DNA of 64,000 nt from NCBI GenBank assembly GCA_018436785.1, contig JAHDKR010000021.1:22835-86834 (forward strand), read 5' to 3'. The DNA is from Synergistaceae bacterium (lineage in GTDB: Bacteria > Synergistota > Synergistia > Synergistales > Aminobacteriaceae). The position numbers and the translations under genes were made by a program. Positions 54,379 through 63,243 of the stretch are shown in pieces. Numbering within the stretch: position 1 is the first letter of the stretch; every line of letters begins with the position of its first letter. The notes under the pieces were generated by a model. The model was given only the letters and a program-made list of their open reading frames with translations, had not been told where the DNA came from and did no database searches.

Positions 54379-57036
54379 CTACTCTCCCTCTCCCGAAAGC
54401 ACCCGTGTGAGGAGGCTCCTCGCCGTTTCGTCGTCAACAAGTATTTCACGAGGCTTTGACCCTTCAGGAGGTCCGACAATCCCGATCTGCTCCATGGTAT
54501 CCACGAGACGCGCAGCGCGTGTAAAGCCTACGCGGAGCTGCCGCTGCAATCTGCTTGCCGATGCGATACCTGTTTCCATAACGATATCGACGGCCTCTTC
54601 AAGAAGGGGGTCCTCGGCAAAAGAGGTATCGCCGTTGTTCGTGCTCTCTCCAGCGCCCTGCGCTTCGATATCGACGTACTCAGGCGGGCCGAAGATATTT
54701 CCCAGGTACTCTATGATCTCAAGGCTCTTGCCGTCTTCGATGAAGGGAGCCTGAAGACGGAGGGGGCGAGGATACTTTGAACTGACGAAAAGCATGTCGC
54801 CCTTCCCCAGGAGACGCTCCGCCCCGGATACGTCGATAATAGTACGCGAATCCGTCTGCGACGGAAGGGTAAATGCTACTCTCGCCGGAATGTTCGCTTT
54901 GATCAGCCCCGTGATGACATTCACGGACGGCCGCTGAGTGGCAAGGACAAGGTGAATACCCGTCGCCCTGGCCATCTGTGCGAGGCGGCAAATATAATCT
55001 TCAACATCCTTCTGCGCTGTGAACATGAGGTCGGCCAGCTCGTCAACCACGATGACGATATGCGGCAACTTCGCTTTTGGCAGAACATTCTGGTTGTACG
55101 ACTTCAGATTGCGGACCCTTGCCCGGGCGAAAACTTCATACCGGTGCTCCATCTCCCGCACAGCCCATGCAAGCGCCTGGACGGCTTTTTTGGGAGAGAC
55201 CACCGGTTTGGCAAGCACATGAGGAAGATGTTCGTAGATGCTCAGCTCTACCCGCTTTGGATCAATCAGGATCAGCCTGAGCTCTTCCGGAGAGCGGTGC
55301 GTGCAGAGCCCGGTTATACAGCTTGTAACGAAGACGCTTTTCCCCGACCCTGTGGTTCCGGCGACAAGAAGATGCGGCAAGTCCTCCAGCCCCACAACCA
55401 ACGGACGGGAGTCGACTCGAACGCCCATAGCAAGAGGAAGGTCATTTTCCGAGTCCAGAAAAACTCTCGATTCAAGTATGGTACGAAGAGCAATCCCCTT
55501 TCTTTTCGGGTTGGGAATCTCCACGCCAACATACGGTTTTCCGGGGATGGGGGCCTCTACACGGAGCGAAGGCACGGTGAGCGCAACAGCAAGATCGTTG
55601 CTCAAACCGGCAACCTTGCTCACCTTTATTCCCGGAGCAAGTTGTAGTTGGAACTGGATAACCGTCGGACCGATGACGATATCCGCCATCTCCGCACTTA
55701 CGCCAAAATCCGCGAGCGTGGTGATAATCGACGAAGCTTGTTCTCGAACGGTTTCGTTATCATCCGATGTCTCCATCTCCTGCCTGGGACCGAAAATTTC
55801 CGGCGGAGGAGGGAATGTGCCGCTCCGGACACGACCTTCTTCTTCCACCACATGAAACTCAATATCGGGCAGAGCGTGCGGATCTGTGAGAACATCTTCG
55901 CTGTCTTGCTCAATTTTCGCGACGACTGCATCGTCCTCCGGAAGCTCCGTTTGCAGTCCTTGTCCTGATATGTTCTCCTCCGGTCGTCTCAGGAGGAAGA
56001 CATCCTCCTCCATCTCAATATCTGTGTCGGTGTCGGTATCGTCCACTTCGCTCATTTCTTCCCGGTCTGAATGAGTTTCGAAAACTTCAGGAAGCGCAGC
56101 ATCGGGCTGCTCGGGGAGGGCTTCGCTCCTCGCTTCGTGTGGAGTGAGCGCAACTATCGAGTTTTCAGTAAGAAGAGGCTCATCCTCAGGGAGCGTTTTT
56201 CTTTTCCGCTTGAAAAAACCAAAAAGCGCCCCGTTCTTTTCTTCTTCGAATCCTTCGGTGTCCTCCTGAGGAAGCCGCTCTTCTGAAAGCTGCGTTTCTT
56301 CTATTCGCTGCAGCACATCCGCAGGAATACCGTGAGAGGGGGGACGCACCAGAACAAAACGGGAGGGAAGCCCGGATTCGTTTTCCGTTTCCGCCTTCCC
56401 AACGGGGGTTTCTTTTTGGTGTACATCTTCAGTATCAATGATGCCGCGTCTCGGTAACGAAAGAGAACGAAGAGCATTGATCATCTTTGAAATCCTGGAT
56501 ATTACAGAAGCCGGATGAATAAAGCCATAGAGGGTTGCAGAAAGAATAAGCAACGCCACGGCAAGGAGCGTTGTTCCAAGGGCCCCTATCTCCCTGGTAA
56601 GAAAGACCGCCAGACCTTGACCTAGATACCCGGGAGTAAATAACGAAAAACCTTGAAAAATACGGGTTGTCTGAAAGAGCCCGAACAGAAGGGCAGTACA
56701 TAAAAAAAGAAGAAACGTACCCAGTGCTTGCGAGAGAAACCCTTTTGCGCCTGTCTTTAAAAAATAGGCAATGCATAGATACCCCCCGAAAAAAACAGGA
56801 ATGAGTATAGCGCCGCCCCAGTTTCGCAGTAGAGAAAAACGGATCGCATCCCCCCAAACGCCTGTTCTGAGGGAAAAGATCGAAGCGAGCACATAGAGAA
56901 GAAAGGCGAAGATCAAAAAAGTGAGCGTTTCTATCCAAAGCGACAGTACGCTGGAGTTTTCTCTCTTGCCTCTTCCTCTGGAACTCGCAGACGTTTTGAC
57001 GAACGTCTTCTTTTTTTTACTCGAAAATAGCGTCAT
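54379..57036 (-). CDS. ftsK: DNA translocase FtsK/SpoIIIE
   Basis: About 885 aa. N-terminal TM helices, long acidic linker, motor domain (GTTGSGKS Walker A, VVDELADL Walker B) and a C-terminal gamma winged-helix (ASASRLQRQLRVGFTRAARL). Start is ATG 57036 or the adjacent GTG 57039; the ORF-track start at 57153 lies inside tldD. Confidence 0.93.
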   Translation of the reverse strand: MTLFSSKKKKTFVKTSASSRGRGKRENSSVLSLWIETLTFLIFAFLLYVLASIFSLRTGVWGDAIRFSLLRNWGGAILIPVFFGGYLCIAYFLKTGAKGFLSQALGTFLLFLCTALLFGLFQTTRIFQGFSLFTPGYLGQGLAVFLTREIGALGTTLLAVALLILSATLYGFIHPASVISRISKMINALRSLSLPRRGIIDTEDVHQKETPVGKAETENESGLPSRFVLVRPPSHGIPADVLQRIEETQLSEERLPQEDTEGFEEEKNGALFGFFKRKRKTLPEDEPLLTENSIVALTPHEARSEALPEQPDAALPEVFETHSDREEMSEVDDTDTDTDIEMEEDVFLLRRPEENISGQGLQTELPEDDAVVAKIEQDSEDVLTDPHALPDIEFHVVEEEGRVRSGTFPPPPEIFGPRQEMETSDDNETVREQASSIITTLADFGVSAEMADIVIGPTVIQFQLQLAPGIKVSKVAGLSNDLAVALTVPSLRVEAPIPGKPYVGVEIPNPKRKGIALRTILESRVFLDSENDLPLAMGVRVDSRPLVVGLEDLPHLLVAGTTGSGKSVFVTSCITGLCTHRSPEELRLILIDPKRVELSIYEHLPHVLAKPVVSPKKAVQALAWAVREMEHRYEVFARARVRNLKSYNQNVLPKAKLPHIVIVVDELADLMFTAQKDVEDYICRLAQMARATGIHLVLATQRPSVNVITGLIKANIPARVAFTLPSQTDSRTIIDVSGAERLLGKGDMLFVSSKYPRPLRLQAPFIEDGKSLEIIEYLGNIFGPPEYVDIEAQGAGESTNNGDTSFAEDPLLEEAVDIVMETGIASASRLQRQLRVGFTRAARLVDTMEQIGIVGPPEGSKPREILVDDETARSLLTRVLSGEGE

Positions 57037-58399
57037 CACACGTGTTTGCCCCTCCGACGGTGAGATTTCCAACGAGCAGGGATGGCTGTCCATCGGTAAC
57101 AGGTACGCTCTGCCCTGACTTTCCGCACATCCCTGGCAGGAAGTGAAGATCATTCCCCACTGCCTCGATGTTCATAAGGACATCCGGGCCGTTTCCAGTA
57201 AGCACCGCTCCACGTACAGGGTGAAGAACTCTTCCTCCCTCGACGAGATACCCTTCTGTAACATGAAAGACAAAATCTCCTGATGTAGGATCCACTTCTC
57301 CGCCGCCCATTTTCTTGACGAGAAGACCTCTGTTCATAGAATGCAGCATCTCCACAGGCGAAGAATCTCCCGGTTCTATATACGTGTTTGTCATCCGCGG
57401 CTGCGGAACGGAGCGATAGGAACTCCGCCTGCCGTTTCCAGTCAGGGGAAGGGCGCCTCGTCTCGACGAGGCGATGTCGCTGATATAGCTCCGGACAACC
57501 CCCTTTTCGATAAGAACGTTTCGTTTGCAGGGAGTGCCTTCATCGTCAAAGGAACCGCTTCCGAGATACCCCGGAATAGAACCGTCGTCGACAAGCGTGA
57601 TCAACGAGCTCGCGGCCTGTTTGCCTATCTTGTCCCGGTAAACGGAATAGTCCTTCTGAATGATGTCCGCTTCGAACCCGTGCCCGCAGGCTTCATGGAT
57701 CATAGTGCCTCCTGCTTCTCCCGAGAGCAGCACCGTCATTGCGCCTGCAGGGCACTGAGGGGCGTCGAGCATAAGGAGAGCACGAGAGAGCGCCCTCTGC
57801 GCCACTTTGAACGGAGAAACTGTCCTGAAGAACTCGCCTGAGTCCACTGAGAAGGCTTCAGATTCATACCCGGTTTGCAGTATGCCGTTTTTTTCAACGA
57901 CAACCTCTACGCTGAAAATCGTATAAAGACGCCGGTCTCCGGCGATAGAGCCATCGCTGTTAAAAACGCTGAAACTCTTAAACGCCGTGTCGAGATTCAT
58001 GGATACCTGCCGTATCCACATAGAGCTCGCCTTTATACGTTTATCCAGATCATAAAAAAAGGCATACTCCGGAGTAGGAAAGGGCGGCTCCCTCTCCATG
58101 ACGCGAATCGCAGGCATCCGGCGACAAGGAAGGGAAAGACCGCTGTGTTCCGCCGCTTCATGAAGGCAGGAAGCGCCCGTTTCCAGGGCGACTCCCGGCG
58201 CGTACGCAAGAGAAGTCGCTTCGCCCAGAAGAATCCGTGCGCCAACTCCTTCGGAAGAAGAAGACGAAATCTCTTCAAAGCTGCCGTCCTCAAATGCATA
58301 CGAGTGCGACGCCGCTATCTCAAAATACATATCGGCAAAATCGGCGCCGGTGCGCGTCACGGCCCGCAATATATCTCCTAGTTTTGCGGTGATGCTCAT
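57017..58399 (-). CDS. tldD: TldD-family metalloprotease
   Basis: 460 aa. HEACGHGFE (HExxxH-type) motif and the glycine-rich C-terminal fold typical of TldD/PmbA. Confidence 0.88.
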   Translation of the reverse strand: MSITAKLGDILRAVTRTGADFADMYFEIAASHSYAFEDGSFEEISSSSSEGVGARILLGEATSLAYAPGVALETGASCLHEAAEHSGLSLPCRRMPAIRVMEREPPFPTPEYAFFYDLDKRIKASSMWIRQVSMNLDTAFKSFSVFNSDGSIAGDRRLYTIFSVEVVVEKNGILQTGYESEAFSVDSGEFFRTVSPFKVAQRALSRALLMLDAPQCPAGAMTVLLSGEAGGTMIHEACGHGFEADIIQKDYSVYRDKIGKQAASSLITLVDDGSIPGYLGSGSFDDEGTPCKRNVLIEKGVVRSYISDIASSRRGALPLTGNGRRSSYRSVPQPRMTNTYIEPGDSSPVEMLHSMNRGLLVKKMGGGEVDPTSGDFVFHVTEGYLVEGGRVLHPVRGAVLTGNGPDVLMNIEAVGNDLHFLPGMCGKSGQSVPVTDGQPSLLVGNLTVGGANTCDDAIFE

Positions 58400-58764
58400 A
58401 GCGTATCGAAATCCTCCAATGTACGTTCTTTCGCCGAATCCTTCGAGGTATATGGAGAAGGCGGCAACTCGAAAAGAAGAGCGATCTCCAAACCTTCATT
58501 TTTAAGGACTCCTAGTAATTCTAACACGTCATCCCGTTTCTTCTCCGGAAAAAAGAGAGAAACATAGGCCTCTCTCTCCTTGGAGGAGCTTCCGACAGCA
58601 TTCCCCATATATTTTTCAACCGCAGCGTTTTCTGTCTTGACGAATCCAAGGCCATCGTATTCGGATACGATCCAGCTCAAGAGCACAATCTGCGCAGCAG
58701 GCAGCCCAAGCCCGAAACACCCCATATCAGGAGCGAAGGAGACAGACGGGGGAGGAAACATCAC
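58396..58764 (-). CDS. Hypothetical protein (122 aa), translationally coupled between mltG and tldD
   Basis: The ORF overlaps the mltG stop and the tldD start by 4 nt each. I recognise no motif. Coding status rests on operon context only. Confidence 0.5.
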   Translation of the reverse strand: MMFPPPSVSFAPDMGCFGLGLPAAQIVLLSWIVSEYDGLGFVKTENAAVEKYMGNAVGSSSKEREAYVSLFFPEKKRDDVLELLGVLKNEGLEIALLFELPPSPYTSKDSAKERTLEDFDTL

Positions 58765-59777
58765 TTGGATCGAACCTTTACGATGTTTTTCTGGTGCTCT
58801 GAAAAAGTTTCGGCAAACAGGTGATAGCCGTCCGACTGGGCAACATAATAGAGAAAATCATGCTGTTCAGGATTGAGAACAGCCTTCCAGGAGATCTCGG
58901 AGGAGGTGCATATCGGTGCAGGAGGAAGACCTTGTATTTTATACGTATTATAGGGAGAGTCTATTTCCAGGTCCTTAAAGAGCACGCGCGTTATATCGCG
59001 TCCCTTTCTTCTCCAAGCATAGACTACTGTTGCGTCGATTTGAAGCTGCATCCCCTTCTCCATTCTATTGGAAAGTACGCCGGCGATGCGCGGACGTTCG
59101 TCGTCCCGGAATCCTTCACGTTCTACGAGGGAAGCGAGGATCGCCAATTCCTCAAAAACCTCGTCGCTCCTCTGCTCCGGTGGTATTGAGGAACCTATTC
59201 GTCTCCACCAGAGCGCGGCAGCCGCAGAGACCAGCTCTCTTTCATTCAAGAAAGCGAGGTGATACGTTTCGGGAAGGAGAAAGGCGAGCCGGCCTTCAGT
59301 TGTTTCGGGGAGCAAATTGCGCATTTCCGATGGATACAGGCTTTCATCCGCCAACAGTTTTTCCAGCGACTCTCCGGAAAGTGACTTGTCCGGGAAGAGC
59401 GTGCCGAAAGAATAGATATCGGTACCGGGTACAAGCGTCAAAGAAAGAAAGCCCGGCTCTGCAGTTTTCATTTGCATCGCTACTTCCCAAGGAGAGCCCT
59501 TCCGAACATGGTACACTCCGGGCCGCAGACGACGGTCGATGGAAAAGCGCACCATCCAGCGAGCAAATGAGGCGGCCCGGCCCTTCTCAACAATGCCCGC
59601 CGCCACAAACTCATCCGCTGCCTGCCGCGCGTTCATCCCCGTCTGGACCATCACCGGAAGCAGTTCGCCGCTTCCGCTCGGGAGAGGAAACGGCCACCGT
59701 TCTGGAGAGAACGCAGTGGTACGGATCAACATGAAGAGTCCGGCAGCAGCGAGGAAAAAACACAGTATTTTTTTCAT
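58761..59777 (-). CDS. mltG: Endolytic murein transglycosylase MltG (YceG)
   Basis: 338 aa. N-terminal TM anchor and a YceG-like domain (ILASLVEREG..., SPYNTYKIQGLPPAPICTSS). Confidence 0.9.
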   Translation of the reverse strand: MKKILCFFLAAAGLFMLIRTTAFSPERWPFPLPSGSGELLPVMVQTGMNARQAADEFVAAGIVEKGRAASFARWMVRFSIDRRLRPGVYHVRKGSPWEVAMQMKTAEPGFLSLTLVPGTDIYSFGTLFPDKSLSGESLEKLLADESLYPSEMRNLLPETTEGRLAFLLPETYHLAFLNERELVSAAAALWWRRIGSSIPPEQRSDEVFEELAILASLVEREGFRDDERPRIAGVLSNRMEKGMQLQIDATVVYAWRRKGRDITRVLFKDLEIDSPYNTYKIQGLPPAPICTSSEISWKAVLNPEQHDFLYYVAQSDGYHLFAETFSEHQKNIVKVRSK

Positions 59778-59802
59778 AGAAATGCATTCCTCCTAGAGAC
59801 AG

Positions 59803-60819
59803 CTAAAGAGTGACCGGCGTCGGCGACTCGCAGAAAGCGCACCGCCCCTTTTCGTCAATATTCTTTTCAAGAAGAGTATTGCGGCGTCTTCGAAGCAAAA
59901 CTCGGCCGCACTCCAAACAACGCGTACAACTCTCTCCGTCGATATTTCCGGGATACACCCACGGAAGTCGTTCATGTGCAATACGCTCGAACTCCTTTAT
60001 ACGTTCCAAAGGAGTCGCGGGAACCCGCCATTCTCGATTCGGGAAGTAGCGGGAAATATGGAGCACAGGAACCGGGTGAAGAGAAGCGAGCCAAGACGCC
60101 ATCTCCGCAAAGGAGAAAGCGTCATCGTTGATTCCAGGCACAAGGAGAAAGGTGACTTCTACGTGCGTTCCCGCGGCCGAAAGAGTCCTGATCGTCCTTT
60201 TTACCGCGTCGAGATCTCCCCCCATAACACGGTACGCATCCGGCGTAAAGGCTTTCAAGTCAATGTTTGCGGCGGCAATGTACGGAACGATCTCCTCCAA
60301 TGGAGCTGCGTTGATCATTCCGTTGCTTACCAGTACGACGGGGATCTTTTCCTCCCGAAGGAGACGGCAGGAATCCTTGAGAAACTCGAACCAGGTCAAA
60401 GGCTCATTATAGGTGAACGCGACGGAGGGCGTTCCGTGCTGCACCGCGAGGCGCGCGGGATCCTCAGGATCTATCCTGTGCAACGAAACAAACGGTGAAC
60501 ACTCTGCAAGCTGCCAGTTCTGACAGAAGGGACAGTGCATCGAACACCCTACGGACCCCAGGGACAGTACCGACGTTCCCGGCTTCCAGTGATAGAGAGG
60601 TTTTTTTTCGATGGGATCCGCTGCGAGGGAGGCCGCCATGCCGTAATTCGAGAGGCGAAGACCTTCTCCCTTCACGTGGATACGCACGCCGCAACGCCCC
60701 GCCTTCCCCGGAGAAATGAGACACACATGAGGACAGAGCATACACCGTACATCTTCTCCTTCGAAGCGCCACCACTCAGCCTCACGCACTGTTTCTTTCG
60801 AACCCTCCGCGTTTTTCAC
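59803..60819 (-). CDS. amrS: AmmeMemoRadiSam system radical SAM enzyme
   Basis: 338 aa. GTG start (AAGGAGG SD, 7-nt spacer) with a GTGA overlap to the upstream gene. N-terminal Cys cluster CMLCPHVC...CGVR, radical-SAM motif CSMHCPFCQNW, and C-terminal Cys pairs CTRCLEC...CAFC. Confidence 0.85.
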   Translation of the reverse strand: MKNAEGSKETVREAEWWRFEGEDVRCMLCPHVCLISPGKAGRCGVRIHVKGEGLRLSNYGMAASLAADPIEKKPLYHWKPGTSVLSLGSVGCSMHCPFCQNWQLAECSPFVSLHRIDPEDPARLAVQHGTPSVAFTYNEPLTWFEFLKDSCRLLREEKIPVVLVSNGMINAAPLEEIVPYIAAANIDLKAFTPDAYRVMGGDLDAVKRTIRTLSAAGTHVEVTFLLVPGINDDAFSFAEMASWLASLHPVPVLHISRYFPNREWRVPATPLERIKEFERIAHERLPWVYPGNIDGESCTRCLECGRVLLRRRRNTLLEKNIDEKGRCAFCESPTPVTL

Positions 60820-62147
60820 TCCGCATCCTCCTTGAGCCTGCGAACAGTAAAACGAGAGAGAGACGCCCTCTCCAGAGAGAGTATTCCTGCTTTCCGGGCA
60901 GCTATTGAAAGCTGCTGTTCGACGGTATCTACTCCCTCCAGATCAGGGAGTAAGACCCCTCGCAAACCGTTCTTTTCGACGAGCACACCGTATTTGCGCG
61001 GATCGAGCATGTCAAGAGAGGACACCGGCTCCGGAGTTGAGAGTATGTCGACTGAAAGAGAAATGTTCTCGAGCTCTTCCGGGGTTACAGGCATGAAACG
61101 AGGGTCGCGCTGCGCCGCGGCAAGCGTGTTCTCCACTATCTCTTCATGAAGCGAAGAAGAGGAAGGAAGAATCGTTCCGATACACCCGCGCAGCTGTTCA
61201 TCCTCTGTTCTCCCCGGACGAATCTTCAGGCTGACGAAACAGGCGGATCTCTCCTGAAGCTCCGGGAATTCATGAAAACGCGCCGCCGCTCTTTTTGCAG
61301 CCTCTCGTCCGGAACGCACACCTTCGGAGAGGACTGTACGCGCCAGCAACGGCGCGCTGTGCAACGATGCAAAGGCAGTCGCGTACCCAACGCCGAAGGG
61401 AGCCTCGTATGAGAGACTCCGTATTTGCCGTTTCTCGCCCAACCCGAGGAAAAGGAGCGCTGAACGCAAACCGCATTCTCCGGCCTCGTCCATTTCGCGT
61501 TCTCCAAGAGCGAGGAGCTGTGCGGGATCGTTCGTTAGAAAAGCTTCGACAACCATCCTGTCGAACTCGCGCCCGAAAGGGGTGTAGCCGGCGGGAGCAT
61601 CAGGGGTAACCCTGTGCGAAAGGTCGCCGCTTGCGACAAGCGCCCAGCTCCCATGAAGAGGCGCCTTCAGGAGAGCCTGTCCCAGCCGGAACGCCTCGGA
61701 AGGAGAAAGCCCGATCGGGTTTGCGACAACAAGTGAGGGAAGAGGAATCCCGCTCTTTTGGAGGAAAAAAAGGGGAACGAGGCTCCCGTGGTCGAGCGGG
61801 CACTCCTTTCGCCTGCTCGCTACTACAGGGAACGATTTCTCCAGAGTACGAGCAAGACCTTCGCCCTCCTCTGAGGCCCCTCTCAATGAAAGACAAGTCC
61901 GGGGGGCCGCAAACTGTGCAAAATTGCCCGAATAGTGCTCGGCCAGCGAGATCGTGAGCCCTCCTGAAAAAGGCGCGTGCGGAGAGAGCAGAAGGATGTT
62001 GTCAGGCGGATTCGTGCTCGCAAGGGAGGAAACCGCGTTCATTCCTTCGAGCGTTTGAAAGGCATCGCGCTCTCTTCCCCTACCGACCTCCGGGACAATC
62101 ACCGGAGGATGAGGCGTAAAACACTCCCAGTACCACATGACATTCAC
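60816..62147 (-). CDS. amrA: Fusion protein: class III extradiol dioxygenase/Memo-superfamily domain + AMMECR1 domain (AmmeMemoRadiSam protein A)
   Basis: 443 aa. The N-terminal about 250 aa is LigB/Memo-like (PHPPVIVPEVG, LLLSPHAP, ASGDLSHR). The C-terminal about 185 aa is AMMECR1 (ACFVSLK, LRGCIGT, GVLLP). Confidence 0.8.
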   Translation of the reverse strand: MNVMWYWECFTPHPPVIVPEVGRGRERDAFQTLEGMNAVSSLASTNPPDNILLLSPHAPFSGGLTISLAEHYSGNFAQFAAPRTCLSLRGASEEGEGLARTLEKSFPVVASRRKECPLDHGSLVPLFFLQKSGIPLPSLVVANPIGLSPSEAFRLGQALLKAPLHGSWALVASGDLSHRVTPDAPAGYTPFGREFDRMVVEAFLTNDPAQLLALGEREMDEAGECGLRSALLFLGLGEKRQIRSLSYEAPFGVGYATAFASLHSAPLLARTVLSEGVRSGREAAKRAAARFHEFPELQERSACFVSLKIRPGRTEDEQLRGCIGTILPSSSSLHEEIVENTLAAAQRDPRFMPVTPEELENISLSVDILSTPEPVSSLDMLDPRKYGVLVEKNGLRGVLLPDLEGVDTVEQQLSIAARKAGILSLERASLSRFTVRRLKEDAE

Positions 62148-62178
62148 CTCCTGAAGAGTCCCATCCGGGCCGCGTACT

Positions 62179-63234
62179 CTAACAGATAAACATCGCGTCC
62201 CCGAACGAGAAAAAACGGTATTTCATCGAAACAGCGGTCTCATATGCTTTCATTACCGGTTCATACCCGGCAAATGCGGCGACAAGCATCAGTAATGAGC
62301 TTTTTGGAAGATGAAAATTCGTCACCAGTGCGTCAACAACTTTATACTCAAACCCCGGATAAATAAAAAGTTGTGTATTCATCTCACCCCAGCGCATCTC
62401 TCCATCCTCGGCAGCCATTGATTCAAGGGTCCGGGCAACTGTCGTCCCCGCAGCGATTACCCTGCCTCCACGCCTTTTTGTCTCCTCCACAAGTTTTTTC
62501 GTCTCCAGAGGAAGCACGCAATACTCCTCGTGAATAACATGCTTACGAATATCCGAACACTGAACCGGACGAAATGTCCCGAGCCCGACATGCAGCGTCA
62601 CCCAGGCGACCGAAAGACCGATCTCCCGCCTGAGCTCTTCCAGAAGCTCCTCGGTGAAATGGAGACTCGCAGTCGGCGCCGCCGCGGAACCGTCCCGTGC
62701 GGCGAAGACCGTCTGATATGCCGAACGAGGCGCTGTAGAGCGGGTAATATACGGAGGAAGAGGCGTCTCCCCGATTTCCGTCAACAATGAAAGTACCTTG
62801 ACGTCTTGAGGAAAAGAGACTCTCCGCACCCCTTCCGTACCTTCAAAACGTTCGCCAACAGTAATCGCTGTTCTATCCGAGAGTATGATTACCGTTCCGG
62901 ATCGAAGCCTCCGGCCAGGCTTGACGAGGGCCTCCCACTCGCTCCACTCCGGGTTGAGCGCTTTCAGAAGGAGCACCTCTGCCTTCCCTCCTCCGGGAAG
63001 CTTGCTTCCTCGCAGACGCGCAGGAATAACGCGGGTGTCATTGAGGACCAAGAGATCGGATGGCTTCAGCAGCTCCCGTAGATCGGAAAAACGACGGTGC
63101 ATCATCTTTCCGGAAAAACGGTCCAATAGCAGCATTCGCGATGAATCCCTGGGTGTTGCTGGATTCTGTGCAATGAGTTCCTCCGGTAACATATAATTGT
63201 ACGACTCTATGTCGAAAAGATCGACGGTCTTCAT
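62179..63234 (-). CDS. queA: S-adenosylmethionine:tRNA ribosyltransferase-isomerase QueA
   Basis: 351 aa. YNYMLPEELIAQNP, LPPYI, TLHVGLGTF and RFFSFGDAM motifs. Confidence 0.95.
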   Translation of the reverse strand: MKTVDLFDIESYNYMLPEELIAQNPATPRDSSRMLLLDRFSGKMMHRRFSDLRELLKPSDLLVLNDTRVIPARLRGSKLPGGGKAEVLLLKALNPEWSEWEALVKPGRRLRSGTVIILSDRTAITVGERFEGTEGVRRVSFPQDVKVLSLLTEIGETPLPPYITRSTAPRSAYQTVFAARDGSAAAPTASLHFTEELLEELRREIGLSVAWVTLHVGLGTFRPVQCSDIRKHVIHEEYCVLPLETKKLVEETKRRGGRVIAAGTTVARTLESMAAEDGEMRWGEMNTQLFIYPGFEYKVVDALVTNFHLPKSSLLMLVAAFAGYEPVMKAYETAVSMKYRFFSFGDAMFIC

Positions 63235-63243
63235 AAACGCGGT

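Noticed and set aside
54952-55855. Plus-strand ORFs of 231 and 205 aa inside ftsK
   Set aside because: They lie opposite the FtsK motor domain (Walker A/B on the minus strand). They are shadow frames.
56024-56041. Tandem hexamers GTGTCG-GTGTCG-GTATCG
   Set aside because: They encode the (Asp-Thr)3 stretch of the acidic low-complexity FtsK linker on the minus strand. This is coding-repeat slippage, not a regulatory repeat.
59030-59734. 234-aa plus-strand ORF inside mltG
   Set aside because: Arg/Pro-rich shadow translation opposite a well-supported YceG-domain gene.
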